DNA from: Geosiphon pyriformis uo1
Lineage: Eukaryota; Fungi; Glomeromycota
Direction of reading: 5' to 3'
NCBI GenBank assembly: GCA_016748015.1
Contig: JAAOMT010000261.1
Coordinates: 12,733 to 76,732, forward strand
DNA length: 64,000 nucleotides
Shown here: piece by piece, positions 49,406-62,255 of the stretch
Numbering within the stretch: position 1 is the stretch's first letter
How the letters are laid out: the number at the start of each line of letters is the position of its first letter
The notes under the pieces: model-generated
Seen by the model: the letters and a program-made list of their open reading frames with translations, nothing else
The model's database searches: none
Told to the model about the DNA's origin: nothing
Position numbers and translations under genes: made by a program

Positions 49406-51299
49406 GTGGGCTTCTTTAAATTTTTTGCATTTTCCTGTTAAGTTACATGTTAGCTCAATAAACAATTTTTTGGTTGAGTTGGTAAAAATTTTTTTGAACA
49501 ATGATTTATCTTTAAAGAACAATTTGTCCAAGTGTTTTGTAATCCTAATATGTTTTTAATGTTAGATATTTTGAAAAAATCTTTGTATTATAGTTTAGTT
49601 TGCTTATTGAAAAAATTTGAAGTTGTATTTAATAACAGATTTTTGAACAAAAAATGCAATATAATAAACTAAAAAATGGTTTGTTGATAAAAAAAGTTGA
49701 ATCTTAAGGGCTTTATGCCTTATTGATTTGAACTAATATCAAAATTTTTGAATAATAAAAGCTTCTTAATAACTGATTTTGCTAATATTAACAAACTACT
49801 TGACTTAAATATTTTGGACTCTAAAGAATTTTCCAACATATAAGAATATTTACATGAAGTTTAATCTGATATTATTAAAATTTACATAAATAAATCTTTA
49901 AAAAATACTGGTTTTGCTAAAATTATTAGTAAGACTATAACTTATTTTCTTATTGTAAATATGAATATTAGTATTAAAATACATAAACTTTTGTCTTTTA
50001 CTATAGCTAAATTACAGACTGTTACTGTATTTTTTAAAAGTGTTTTATTTTTTTGTGCAGTAGTTTTGTATCCAAATAACCAAAATATTATTAATACATA
50101 TGTGTTTGAAATTTTGTTTATTGTACCAAACTTTTATAATTAATGCTAAATAAAGAAAAGACATATTGTTAATTTGATTAAAGATAAAAATTTCTCAATT
50201 AGATAAATAAAAGTCAAAAATTATTTGAGAGTTTTAGGTAATGTTAAGACTAATATGATAACAGATAAGACTGCTTATTATTTATTTATTTTGCTAATTG
50301 GAATATATAAATATTTCTTAATATAAAAACACAATTGTGTTTAACAATATTCATTATTTTGTTTGTAATTTGTTTAAATCTATTTGTTATGCTTATTAGA
50401 AAGCTGGTTTTAACTATAATATAATTTTGGATAAGTTAATTAAGAAAATAAATTAATTGGCTATTATAAAAATCTGATATCTAAATTCATATATGTTTTT
50501 TGAATTTACTAACAAAAAATTTGCCAATCTGTATATATATTTAATAAAAGCTATATATAAACAGCTGTCAGTAGCAGTTAGAAAAAAATTGTATAATAAA
50601 ACATATTTAAGTATGTTGTATTTATTGTGTAATAAAATAAAGTTGTTAAATTATGTTTTTACATGATAATATTTATAAAAAAATCTTGGTAAAAGTTTTT
50701 TAAATAATGAATTTTATTGGTGAATACTTGTACTTTTTCTACTTTTGTTGTTTTAAAACTTTTTCCATGTGTTTATTGAATATGGACTTGTATATAATAG
50801 TTTATAAAAAATTTGTGCTAAAAAAATATACATAAAAGCTATTATGACTCTTAATAAAAGAAGTAAAGCTATTTTTGCTGTTGTTAAATATATTAAATGA
50901 CTAATAAAATTGTATTGTTCAAAGATGTAACTTGTAAGATTTAGGTATAAAGTAAATATAAAAAGACTAAGTTAATCAAAAATAATAAGTTAGTATTAGG
51001 TTTATCTTATAATATAGTAGTTGTATTGTTAAATAAAGTAGTTTAGCTGCTTAATATTATTAAGTCTTTTGTAATTAATTTTAATAAGTACAAACTGTGT
51101 TTTTTTTCTGGTTTAAATGATAATATAAGTTTTTATATAAGTATATAGTATTGTTTTGTCTAGTTTAAATAACTAATTACATGTAATAAAAGTATAAATT
51201 GCATTTAGTTTGAGCCACTTAGTCTGATTCTATATATTAAATAGCAGTTAAACTATACTTATAAAACTTAAATAAAAATAAAAATAATTAAAAAAATAA

Positions 51300-51540
51300 T
51301 TTTTAATTAAAATTATTTATATTATTATTAATTAATAAAAGTTTTATTATTAAAATTAGAAAAAATGCTAAAAGTTATTAAATTTTATGTTTTAAATTAA
51401 AAAATATTTTAAATTATTACAAAAATAATTTTAAATTAACTTTCAAGAAAAAATACATAAAATTTATAATATTAATTAAAATATAAAAAAATTTTATATT
51501 ATAATTTCAAAAAAAAGTTTTTAATATAAAAACAATATTA
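51300..51540 (+). repeat. Extremely decayed LTR family C fragment
   Basis: attaataaaagttttattattaaaattagaaaaaatgctaaaag aligns to 28388-28480. Confidence 0.6.
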
Positions 51541-51567
51541 TTATATTAAAAAAATAAAATAAAAAAC

Positions 51568-53849
51568 TCTTTGTCTTCTTAATTTTATGACCACAACCAG
51601 AGCAAAGAGTAAAAAAGCTGCATCTAATATTTTTTTTGAGATATCTAATAAAATTTCAACCAGAAAAGCTTTTTCTATTGTAAAAGCAACTAAGCAAAAC
51701 ATTTTAGAAGTTTTTTTTTTACTTAGTAATTGTGAAAAGTTGTCTTTGATAGCTACTAAAACAACTTTTTTATTTTTGGCTGGTCTTTTATCAGTTAAAG
51801 TTTTCTCAAAAAGACACATTTGGGTTAGTCCCAGTATTGCCTCTACTTCTTCAAAAAGCCCAAAAATTTTTAATAAAAGACCAGTTAACAAGCTGGTTTT
51901 CTCTTCTATAGCTTTAATACTAAGTGCTATTAGCACCACTTCTTCAAAAAAATGGTCAAAAAGACCAAAAGTTCAAAAAAGTGAGAGCAATCACTTGTCT
52001 CTGCTATTATTATACTGAACTTTTTTGTGGTTCAACTGAGATTTTAAATAAGATTTCTACTGTTTTATCTGGCATATCTTTCAAGATGGGCCAAAATTAA
52101 TCACTGGCTGTATTGCCAAATGTGGTGCTTTTTGGCAGATTCTCACCAGTTCTAAAGACAAAACAATTATTTTCTGTTAAGTCATCTGTTTTTAGAAACT
52201 GGACTGATCAGATAAAAACTGAATCATTTTTTTCTCTGGTTTTTGGTGCTGCTATTGGTGGTATTTGGGAAACCATTGTTAATTATCAAAGATTTATTAG
52301 GTAAGTGGCTTTTGCTTTAGTGCTTGATGTTATTTTCAAGATTAAATCAGCTCATATTAAGACTGTTTTTTAGTCTGTACATGATTTTTTGGGTGCAAAA
52401 TCAGTGTCAAAAAACAATGTGAAGCTTTTTTGTGTGGAGTTTGCTTTTTAAGTGTCTTTGGAAGCTGTATTTTTGGTTGAGCTTATAAGTTCTGTTTATT
52501 TGGCCATTCTCAAAATTGCCAAGTCTTTGGTGATTTCTGAGTCTGGTTTCTCTTTTGCTGCTGTTGTGCTGCATAATATGCTTTTGGGTATGTTTACTGC
52601 TAATATTAAGACAACTCTTGGTGTATTTGGTAGTGTTACTTATATTGTGCTAAAGCTTGTTGGTGTTTGGCAATATGTGATTGTTTATTTTGAAAAGTTG
52701 AATTTTGTTGTGTTTGCTTTGAGTTATTGGTCAGTTTTGGTAAACAAAAATAGTGTTAAAATCTTTTTTTTGGTGAATTAAAATAAGACTATTCTGTTTC
52801 ATAATAAGTTTAAAACCAAGCTGATCAATCTTTTTTCTGACTGTACTGCTTTTAAAATCAGTAATATGGTTTTTTAGATTGATGGTATTACCGGAAGTTT
52901 TTGGTCTCTTTTCTGTAATGTTGTTGATACCTGTTTGTTGTGAATTCACGTTTTCTGGATGTGGTTGAGCCTCCAGTAACTGAATTTTCTTCTCAAATTA
53001 TCTCTTATAATTTGAATTGCTGGGCTTATAAGTAGAATTGCCAATTCCTTGCCAGTTACTTTGTATAGTTACACTGTAGTAAATGTCAACTCTTTCCCAG
53101 AAATTGCTCATCTGGAAGCTCACTAAAAATGTGTAGTTACTTTGCTGTGAAAGTCAACTCTTATACAGGAATCTCATCTGTAGGCTACCTTAATGATTGT
53201 AATAAGAAAAGAAAAGAAAAATAAAAGAAATGTAAAAGAAATCAGATTTTATCAAGGGAAACATTTTCTATCCAGACTTAGAGTCACTAATAGTTTATTG
53301 AAATTAGTAGCTAATTAATTTCAAAATGTTAGTTGTATTGAGAGAATTTTCAAGTACAATAATCAAAGAATTTGGTTTTTCAAATTATTTGATATTTATT
53401 TTTTTTTGTGTGTATAAAAATGTTTTTAAGAGATAAATCTAAAGTAAGATACATTTTTCCAGAAGAGAAAAGCTCTTTTTTTATACAACTTGTTGTAGTA
53501 CTAGTCTATGAACTTGCACTTTTTCTCTTTGCTCAAATTTTGGCAAACTAAAGATACATTTTGATGAATTATTGATTAATTTGGGTGAACTATTTATAAT
53601 TTCGGCGAATTTCTGTAAATTTCGGCAAATTTTTGAATGTTACAAAGTTCAAGATATTGTGTAATTTGATCATCCTACTTTCTGTTATACTAATTAGATT
53701 ATTTTAATTGAATCGTAATATGTGATAATTGATTAAATAATAAATGATAATTTGAAATGATATTAATATACTGATTAATTATAGGAATTATAAGGGTAAT
53801 TTTATGCTAATTAATAGCTAAAATTCTACTGATAACAGTGGTTAGACAT
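51568..53849 (+). mobile_element. Second LINE-like family, 5' ORF1 part, interrupted by LTR insertions
   Basis: MTTTRAKSKKAA..., RRM-like VVLHNMLLG..IKTTLGVFGSV..WQYVIVYFEK; T/G-rich sense strand like the other LINEs. Confidence 0.65.
52886..53837 (-). mobile_element. Solo LTR family A
   Basis: Full LTR flanked by ATGG/GTGG TSD. Confidence 0.92.
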
Positions 53850-56479
53850 TGTTACAGGTGATTATTTGGAATTTCAAATCAAATAACAAAACTCGTAACT
53901 TGGTGCTCAGAAGCTATTCATGATAATAGTAATCTGAAGGTATTGTTATCTAAAAGTTTTTGGTTAAATCTTTTGTATAATAAACAGAAATTCAATAGTT
54001 GTTTATCTGTAGCTTTTTAGAATCACAATTCTGTCAATTTCATTTTTCAGCTTGATAGTTGACAATCTTCTGGTAAGTAATCTATAATTTTTTATGTGTT
54101 CTACCCACTAGTAGAGATTTTTTACCAAGCAATCCTTAATGTCAATAATTTAGTGCTTAATCTTTAATCAATTAATAAACAACAAAGAAAATACAAAAAA
54201 ATAAAAAAAAGATAAAGAAAATAAGCCAAGATGATAAATGTTAATATCTCATTAATAGCCATGATCAAGAGTTATTGTTCCAGTGTGATTAAGTATTAAT
54301 TACTATCAACATAAAGTATTAATAGTAGAAAGTAGATTTGAGATAGTAAATAATTATTTATTTGATATTTGTAATGTAGGAGGTTGCTTAGATCAAATCT
54401 AAACTGAAAGGTCTGTTTTTTTCTACTTCTAACACTACCAATATATATACATAATTGAAATTCCTCAATTCTTTCATTTTTCACACCAGAAATCCTGCAA
54501 TTCTTTTGAGAGGAATCTTGGAATTCTGGAATCCTGTGATTTTTTGTATGAGAATTCTGAAATTCCTGGAATCCTGCAATTTCTTTAAAAAGAATCCTGG
54601 AATTTCACAATTTACTATGACTACTTCTGATTGGCTAATTTATATGCTAATATACGTCCTATATTTTAAGAATAATATTATTCCCTCCTTTTTAATATTG
54701 AGCTCTGTCGAGATCTTCTAATTCTAATTCTAATTCTCTATCTTTGAGTATTTCTTGAACTTCTTTTTTAAGAATTACTTGTGCTATCTTGTTTTGTAAT
54801 TCTTTAAATTAAGCATTGGTTATTTTTTCTATTTAATTAATAATAATGGAATTTATTTCTGGATTGAGTAAGATTTCTGGTTGATCTTGAAATCCAGTGT
54901 GTAGCTGATAAATGGCTTTTGCTTGTGTGGTTAAATTGTTTTTTCCCACAAATTGTTCCAGTTGTTGCAGTATTGTTGTGTCAAATAATCATTTTATTTT
55001 ATTTGTATACAAGTCCTGAATGTTTAAGTGTTGTCCCAAATAAAAGTAATAAAAGTTTCTTAGAAATTGTTGTATCTACCAATTCCAAGTTTCTATAGTC
55101 AACTCTTGATATTGAATGACTTTTGGTTGTGTTTCTATTGCCAATTTTACTTTTGTGATTATTTTGTTTACAGTGTTTTCTGTTTTTCTTCATATTTTAT
55201 CTCATGGTTTTTTTTGGTGTTTGTATATCTAATAGTTTGTTGGTTGATTGTAATTTTTATCTCTTGTTGTTGGATCAGTTGAAAAAGTTGTTGTGCTAAT
55301 GAGTGAATGCCATCAGTAATCTCCATTTTTCTGTTGTCTTTTTGTTGTATATACCATGTCTTTATATACTTTTTTAGTTGTTCGATTTTACATGTTTGGT
55401 TTAATGATTATAATTGGTTTTAGATCTTGTGGAATCTTATCTGGTTTGACTAGTATTCTCTGTACTCCTAATTGTAGAATATTATTGGTAGATAATGATG
55501 CTATATAATAATATTGTTTCAGTCAATCACTATGTGCTGCTTTGGTTAAGATTTTGTTGTTCAAGCTTAATTTATAAGCTCCATTTCCAAGAATTTTTTC
55601 TATGTGAAATGGTCTATTCCATTTGGGGTCAAATTTTCTACTCCATTGTTTTTTTACTTTAGTACAATATAGAAGTACTTTGTCTCTAATCTTGAATTCA
55701 ACTGTTTTCTCTGGTAGTTGGTTATCATGTCTTTTTTTTTGTTTTTTTTGTGACTTTTGAATGTTATCAATTGTTTTTTACCATGTGTTTTCTAGTGTCT
55801 CCATTAAGTCATATGTTCTTCTCAACAATGTTTTTTGCAAATTTTTTTCTGTTATTAGTTCTGTTGGATATGTTTTGACTTTTATCTTAACTGATAATGT
55901 TGCTGTTCTACTGTATACTAATTTGAATAGTGTTGCTTATGTAGTGTTTTGCTTCATTGTCTAATAAGCAAATAATACCAATAGTATAATCAAATCCCAT
56001 TCATTCTGGTTTTCTTGGTTGATTTTGGCAATGGCTTCACACAATATTCTGTTAAATCTTTCAACTAACTTATTTGTTTATGGATGGTATGGTAATGATA
56101 ATGGTCTTTTTATCCCAAATCTTTGACTTAATTCTGTCAATGTTTTATTTACAAAGTGAGTTCTTTGATCTGATAGTAGTTTTTTTGGACATCCATGTTA
56201 ACAGATCAAATCTTGATGAATGAATTCAGCAATAGATTCTGCATCTGTTCTTTAAATGGCTTTTGCTTCTGGCCATTTTGTGAGATAATTTATGGCTACT
56301 GCAATATATTTGTTGCCTCTACTGGTTATTGTTAATGGTTTGACCAAGTTAATTCCAATGCAATCAAATAGTTGTCTTACTTTAATTAGTCTCAATGGTT
56401 TACTGGATTTTGTTCCTCTTCTTCTCTGACAAGCATCACAATTTTGCACATATTAGATAATATCTGAATACATTGATAG
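53850..56479 (-). mobile_element. Second family B element, 3' part (3' LTR 53850-54677, PPT, ORF3 about 54692-55357, integrase)
   Basis: Collinear with 29594-32250; CDACQ, YLTKWPEAKAI. Confidence 0.9.
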
Positions 56480-57140
56480 TATTACCAGACGAAATTAGAG
56501 ATATTGCTTAGTATAAAATTATTCTTATAATTCTTATTATTAATTAGCAATTCAAATTATCAATTATTACATTAGCAGAATATCCGAAATTATCATTTAA
56601 TTAATAACCCAATTTATACATAACACAAATGTAACCTAATTGCAATGATTAATCATGCAATACCCCGAACTATATAACATTCAAAAAGTTTACTGAAATT
56701 TGTAGAAATTTGCCAAAATAATTGATAGTTTACCAAAATATTTAATAGTTTGCAGAAATAATTTGTAGTTCACCAAAATGTAGCTTTAGTTCAGCGAAAT
56801 TGTAGAAAAGAACAAAGTTCAAGTTTATAAAATAGTGTTATGACAAGTTGTATAAAAGAAGAGCTTCTTTTTTTGAGAAAATGTATCTTACTTTAGATTT
56901 ATCACTTAGAACCCTTTCTACATACACAAAAAGAAATAAATATCAAATAAATTGAAAAACCAAATTCTTTAATTATTGCACTTGGAAAATCCCCAAAATT
57001 CAACTAACATTTTGAAATTGATTAGCTACCAATTTTATTAAACTGTTAGTGACTTCAGGCCTGGATAGAAAACGTTTCCCCTGACAGAATTCTATTTCTT
57101 TTACATTTCTTTTATTTTCTTTCTTTTATTTTCTTATTAT
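56480..57140 (+). repeat. Family A LTR, 5' two-thirds, interrupted by element D
   Basis: TATTACCAGACGAAATTAG...; matches 2802-3465. Confidence 0.92.
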
Positions 57141-57794
57141 TGTTACAGGTTGGAGTAACAAGCTAACAGATAACAAGGGAGAACAGTATTGTATAGTAAT
57201 GGAAATAAACAAAAAAAAAATTACAATAAGGGAATGAATTGAATAAGTAGGAATTCAATGTGCGTGATCAGTCTCATAAAAATTACAGTTGCTAATCTTT
57301 TCTTAAATCTGAAGGTAGAGAAATAGTCCATGATTGTCAACAAGATAACACCACTGCTATTATTCTATGTCTCAACTTGGCAATTTTTAGAATCAATAAC
57401 AGGTATTGTTGTACTTTTCAATCATTTCTTTATTCAATGAATTACAAGAGCAAGCCAATTGCTTCTCAGGCTAATTCTAACAAATACAAATCAAGAAAGG
57501 GAAAAGATAAGGTATGTGAATGCCAACAAGTAGATACTTAAAGGTAAGAAAAGGGGAATAAGCGATTATGAGAGAAAGTAATTGATATTGTTTATTTCGT
57601 TACTTTGATCATGTCTTTTTACAGCTGAGGGAATTATCGCTTATATAGCTGTCTAAAGTGGTCAACAACCAGGTCAATGATCAGGTCAATGATCAGGTCA
57701 ACGGTCACTATCTAAAAATAGGGTGGCTAATTATATGACATCAGTGGCTAATACATGTGATAATTAATAAAAACTATGTGTTTCAACTGTAACA
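57141..57794 (-). repeat. Family D 3' LTR (654 bp)
   Basis: TGTTACAG(G)TTG inverted ends; PPT ggagaggatga; (caggtcaatgat)x3 at 57670-57705. Confidence 0.9.
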
Positions 57795-58417
57795 TCATCC
57801 TCTCCAAAGAGATTAAGCTCCGGCAAAATCAAACTATTTATGAGATAGTCTATGTGAAGGGTTTTGTCTAACTCGAAACTAAGTTTGTTGAAGTCTTTTG
57901 TGGATAAAATATATAGTACTTGAGGCAAAATAAGCTTTGTATTCAAGAGACCAAATCTTTGTATAAGAGTTCTGGCTCTTCTTGTAATGATCAAAACTCT
58001 TGGGACATCTAATCATATAATGCCCAAAATTTCCACTTGTATCTCTGAAGTTGTTTTCTTCATGAGCTTCATGTTTTCTATGATTTTACCAAGACAACCA
58101 TAGAGTTCTAGTTGTCTTCCATATGACAAGTTTTTGTCTATGGGCAAGATTTCTTGTATTGTTTTTCCAATTGTGCTGAAAGGTGAAAGTATCGCTGCTG
58201 TTATGCTTTTCAGCAGGTATTTATCCATTTTGCCACCAATTCTTTCTCTTCTGGTAGTTGTTTTCTTTGGTCTGATAACAGTGTGAGTTCCACTGTTGTC
58301 TGTTATGGTGGTTTGTTTTTCAATAGTCAGAGTAGCATTTGGATAGTTCTTGATCCAGTACTCATGGAGAGTATAGAAAGCGTTTTGAATGTTTTGATCC
58401 AGGAAATAATTGTTCAT
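57764..58417 (-). pseudogene. Family D ORF3, reading through the PPT into the LTR
   Basis: MNNYFLDQNIQNAF...LYGCLGKIIE...RRARTLIQRFG...PELNLFGEDDVTVETHSFY*; a single internal stop. Confidence 0.78.
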
Positions 58418-58464
58418 GTCGATTGAAGATACCTCTGTTTTGGGAATAGTGCATTTATTTATAT

Positions 58465-59778
58465 CTAATTTTTGCTGATCATTTGGGTTGGTATTACCAC
58501 AACAGGTAACCAATTAGGTCGTTTGTGATATTTCTTGAGTCGCATGCCATGAACAGGGCGATCACTGAATATTGTTCTATATTAATCTTATAAGATATAA
58601 GAACCATTGTTCAAAACTTTGTTGACTATAAAGAGTCCTTTCTACCGGCTAGAGAATTTATCACCATAGACATTGTTTCTGTCTGAATGGTATTCCAAAA
58701 CTAAGTCACCAACATTTAAGGAAAGTGTTTTATAGGTTTTTTTTTTTTTGAGCTTCTCTTGGACCTGTTTTATTTTTTCAAAGGCAATTATCCATGCTTC
58801 TACTAATGAGTCAAGAATGGTACCAAGTCTTCTTTGCAAAATGTTCTTGTAATCTTCTATTGTTATTTCTTCAAAAGGTATTGTTTCTATATCTATTTCT
58901 ATTGGTAGAGTTGCCATTTGTCTATAGAGCAAATAAAAGAGTCCATAACTTGTTATGTCATGATTCACAGTTCTGTAAGCAAACAAGACTGAAGGCAATA
59001 CTTTGTTCCATAGGTTGGTTTCTTCACTGGTTTTGGCTAGAGTTTCACATAGTGTTCTATTAAAATGTTCCACTAGGCCATTTGTTTGGGGGTGATAAGA
59101 GGAAGAGAGTTTATAACATATTCCCATTTTTCTGCAAAGTTCTTCAACCAGTGTACTGAAAAAAGCTCTTCCTCTATCAGATAAAAGTTCTTTGAAGCAG
59201 CCATGGCAACAGATAATATCTTCATAAATGAAATTGGCAATTGAGACTGCTGTTTGATCTGAGGTGGCTCTTGCTTCTACCCACTTTGTAAGATAGTCGG
59301 TAGCTGTGATAATGTATCTGTTGTCATCAGGAGTTACTATTAAAGATCCAACAACATCTATATCAATTCTATCAAATGGTTGACCAACAGAGATTGGATG
59401 GATATCTTTCTTGTGATTGGGTTTTCCTTTTCTTTGGCAGGTATCACAGGTTTTGATGTATTCAGCAATGTCTTTTCCCAAGGTAGGCCAATAATAGCAA
59501 GCTAAAGTTTTCTGAATTGTTTTTGTTTTTCCAAAGTGTCCAGCTAATGGATCAGTGTGCATATTGTAGATCACAATTTCTCTTTCTTCAAATCTAATGA
59601 CTCTCTGGGAACGGTCAGGATCTTTTCTATTTCTTTTATATAACTGGTTCTGGCGAATCAAATAGAAATTTGATTGTTTGTGCAAATGTTCTCTTTGCTG
59701 TCGAGTATAGTCTGGCGGGTATTGTCCTTTACCCAAAAATTTCATTAAAGCAGAGTAGTTGTCCAAGTCCATTATCAT
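58465..59778 (-). pseudogene. Family D integrase as a separate ORF
   Basis: 378-aa open frame with HHCC and D,D(35)E core; GPF/Y-like module and WLPVVVIP after one stop. Confidence 0.92.
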
Positions 59779-62255
59779 GTTTGTTTGTGGGGAAGTTACA
59801 AATAATTAAGTTGGTTTGGTTTGAGAGGGTTTTACTATCACTGGATGGTAAGTCTGGAGAAAGCGTTGGCGTTTTGATGATTAGCTCTTTTGTGGTGTTG
59901 AATGTCATAGTCGAATTTATCCAAGTAAAGTATCCAGTAAGTTATCCATTTATGTTTCAGGTTTCTTTTGTTGCATAGTCAAACCAAAGCTTGGTGATCT
60001 GTTACCACCAAAAATTTCACACCCTTAAGATATTTGTCCCAGTAGCTGGTAGCCCAAACTACTGCTAAGCATTCCTGCTCAGTAACTGAGTAGTTTCTTT
60101 CTGCTAGTGTGAGAGTTCTACTGGCATATGCTACAGTGTGTTTTCTGTTATCTTTATCTTTTTGGAAAAGAACAGCACCAAGTCCATAACCAGATGCATC
60201 AGTGTGGAGGATAAAAAGTTGATCCAAATTAGGTTACATAAGGATGGGTTCTGTAACCAGTTTTTCCTTTAGAATTTTAAATGCTTTTTGTTGATGAGTT
60301 CCCCAGTAATAATTGATGTTTTTCCTAAGTAGCTGATTGAGAGGAGCAGCGATTTTGGAGAAATCCTTGACAAACTTGCGATAATAAGAGGCCAAACCAA
60401 GAAAAGAGCATAGTTCATGAACATTCATTGGTTGTCTAATGTTTTGAACTTTTTCAATTTTGGCTGGATCAGGAAAGATTCTATCTTTTGTAATAAGATG
60501 GCCAAGGAACTGGGTGGATTGATGTCCAAAGAATAATTTGATTGGATTGATCTTGAGACCAGCATTTCTAAGAAGGTCAAAAACCTTTTGCAAATGTTCA
60601 AGGTGTTCATCCCAGATTTTTGAGTATACCATTATGTTGTCCAAGTAGACTAAAACAAAGTTTTCTTTTACTGATTCAAATACTTTGTCCATTAAGTGTT
60701 AAAATATGAGAGAAGCATTTGTGAGACCAAAAGGCATGACTGTGAATTTGTAGGTATCATACTTGGTGATAAAGGCAGTTTTCTTTCTGCTTTCTGGATC
60801 CATCTCTACTTGCCAGAATCCAGCAGTTAAGTCAATGGTTAAGAAGAAAGTGGCACCATGGAATTGGTCTAGCATTGCATCAATCTTGGGAAGTGGGTAC
60901 ATGTCTCTTTCAGTAATGGCATTTAATTGGCAATAGTCAACACAAAAGCATAGGGTTCCTCCTTTCTTGGATACCACTACAACTGAGAATGCCCATTCAC
61001 TCTTGGTTTCCTGTATGAATCCAAGGGTTTTCATTCGGATTATTTCTTTTTTGATAAACTCATCATTGTGCTGGTTGGATTGATAGGGCTTCAAATGGAT
61101 GGGGCGAGTTTCTCTAGTGATGATGGTGTGTTGTATCACATGTGTACGTCCAGGAAATTCACTTTCTTTTGAGATAACTGGGCTGTTTCTAGCCAGCAGG
61201 TTTTCAATGTCTACTTTTCTTTCTTCTGGAGAGAGTTTTCTTTGTTCTACAACCAGTGATTGGATTTCAGGTGGTTTGTTTTCAAAGGACTTTTGGACTT
61301 CTTTTATTTCCTCTTGGGGTATCAAGCTGATTGGTTCCCAATCTTTGTAATAGATCAGGCAGGACATGCATTCATCACTAGGAGAATACAATGGTTTGTC
61401 GCACCAGCACCGAGCACAAGGATCATGCCACCAATAACTGTATTTGGCTTTCTTGCCTGGCTTTCTGTCAAAGGTTCTTTTGAGCATGTCATAATAAGGC
61501 CAGCAGATCAGTTTGCCATTGACAATGATTCCTTCTTTATCTGCCTTGACATTATCCAGTGGTTTGCCATTGCTAATGAAGATGGTATAGGCGAGTTTAG
61601 CAGTCTCTTTTTGTTCTTCTTGTTCTTCTTTTTTCTCACTTTCTTCATCATTTGATTCATCTAATTTATTTTCTTCTGGACTCTGCTTGGGTACTGGGGG
61701 AGTTGTCCAATGGTGACATTTAACCACAATGGGTTTCTCATCACATCTGATGGTTAGTTCACAGAGTTCATAATCAAGCAAAGCCTTTGCTTTCTTGAGC
61801 CATTCATTGCCAACAATGATGGTGTATTCTTTTGCTTCAGACACTTCCATATCAGTTTCAATGCTGATGCCATTGATGCGGACAGGAATAGCTTTGGCTA
61901 TGCCAAGCCCTTTTTTCTTATCACCATATATATTGGTCATTGGTCATGTGGATGGTTCATCAATTTTTCTGCCAATTGCTTCAAGAAAGTGTTTGGCAAT
62001 AACACTAACAGATAATTCACTGTCTAAGATCAAATCGATGAAGTAGCCAGCCACTTGGGCTTTACAAATTAGAGGAGTGATATTGCTATTGTCAGCAAGT
62101 CCAGCTTGGTGAGGGTGTTTGTTGGTTTTGGGTGTCTTTTTCTTTGGAATCAGGAATTTGCGAAGATCTTTTCTGAATTGTGGATGGGTTATCAATTGGC
62201 CAAAGGTTATATGTGCTGGGGTTTCCATAAGGCCTTTGACAACAGAATAGGGACT

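Larger units (their letters stand above)
16140..51290 (+). mobile_element. Old full-length LINE split by nested insertions (pieces about 16140-18080, 18899-19545, 26438-27849, 28724-29593, 49406-51290)
   Basis: Pieces are collinear with the younger LINE at 19571-26437; coding motifs rejoin across junctions (NSKG|..KKFIDYIFV; LQILRW|ASLNFLHFPVKL). Confidence 0.8.
57141..62255 (-). mobile_element. Family D Gypsy element: PR, RT, RH, IN, ORF3, PPT, 3' LTR; no dUTPase
   Basis: ORFs 60699-61940, 60234-60692, 59979-60227, 58642-59778, 58013-58513; LTR 57141-57794. Confidence 0.92.

Noticed and set aside
57246-57321. Functional intron-containing tRNA-Met gene
   Set aside because: No acceptor stem and no TTCGA T-loop/B box; reported only as tRNA-complementary boxes.
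57670-57705. AGGTCA direct repeats as nuclear-receptor elements
   Set aside because: Fungi lack nuclear receptors; treated as ordinary U3 tandem repeats.
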